In this document: positions 63,639 to 64,000 of the stretch, one piece after another
Numbering within the stretch: position 1 is the stretch's first letter
Layout of the letters: each line of letters begins with the position of its first letter
From: Vicugna vicugna
Taxonomy: Eukaryota
Direction: 5' to 3'
Assembly (NCBI GenBank): GCA_013265495.1
Contig: MU057991.1
Span: 186,001-250,000, forward strand
Length of the DNA stretch: 64,000 nt
Notes under the pieces: generated by a model
What the model was told of the DNA's origin: nothing
What the model saw: only the letters and a program-made list of their open reading frames with translations
Databases searched by the model: none
Made by a program: the position numbers and the translations under genes

Positions 63639-64000
63639 CGAAGGGGCAAAACCCACAAAGGGACCAGCAAGACCTCCCAGGCAGGGCCACTGCCTTCCTG
63701 CTTTTGTGCTTCTGTACAATGGCTTGCTTCTGGGAAAATGAAACTTACCCCTAAAATTCCATTGATTCCCAAAAGGTCACCCCTGATTGGTCCATTTCTA
63801 ACACCTCATTTGCATCTACCCCTAAAATTCCGCTGGTTCCCAAAAGCCCACTCCTGATTGGTCCATTTCTAACATCTCATTTGCATATGGCACGAACTTA
63901 ATCAAAACCTAAAACCCTATAAAGGCCCGTGTAAACCCGCAGACGGGGTCCAGAGCTTGGAGTGTTAACTCCTCTGGGCCCGCCGGCGTGATAAACCTGA
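63639..64000 (+). mobile_element. LTR family A in EGFR intron 22, antisense to EGFR (runs off window)
   Basis: Same sequence as the 44900 copy, including the 71-bp duplication and TATAAA. Confidence 0.88.

Overview
Mammalian, very GC/CpG-rich genomic window. It is most likely camelid, because it carries several vic-1-like tRNA-derived SINEs. The right end holds the last six coding exons of EGFR on the minus strand (exons 23-28 by human numbering) plus a long 3' UTR. The final exon has an apparent 16-nt frameshifting deletion that removes the C-terminal Y1173-equivalent autophosphorylation site. The left third holds nine recognisable exons (9-17) of an intron-containing ADCY1 (Ca2+/calmodulin-stimulated adenylyl cyclase 1) on the plus strand. 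These carry frameshifts, premature stops and broken splice sites, and exons 18-20 are not found, so ADCY1 is a truncated pseudogene lying tail-to-tail with EGFR. About 0.6 kb after the last ADCY1 exon is an intact, intronless ORF encoding a transmembrane + coiled-coil protein, with a CRE-like site, a Kozak start and a poly(A) signal. Between the genes are a semi-processed PFAS retrocopy fused to a truncated LTR, two families of young ERV1-type solo LTRs, and older L1/L2/MaLR/MER repeats. Most ORFs in the supplied track are GC-rich noise. All comparisons with human or other orthologues are from recalled sequence, not from a search.
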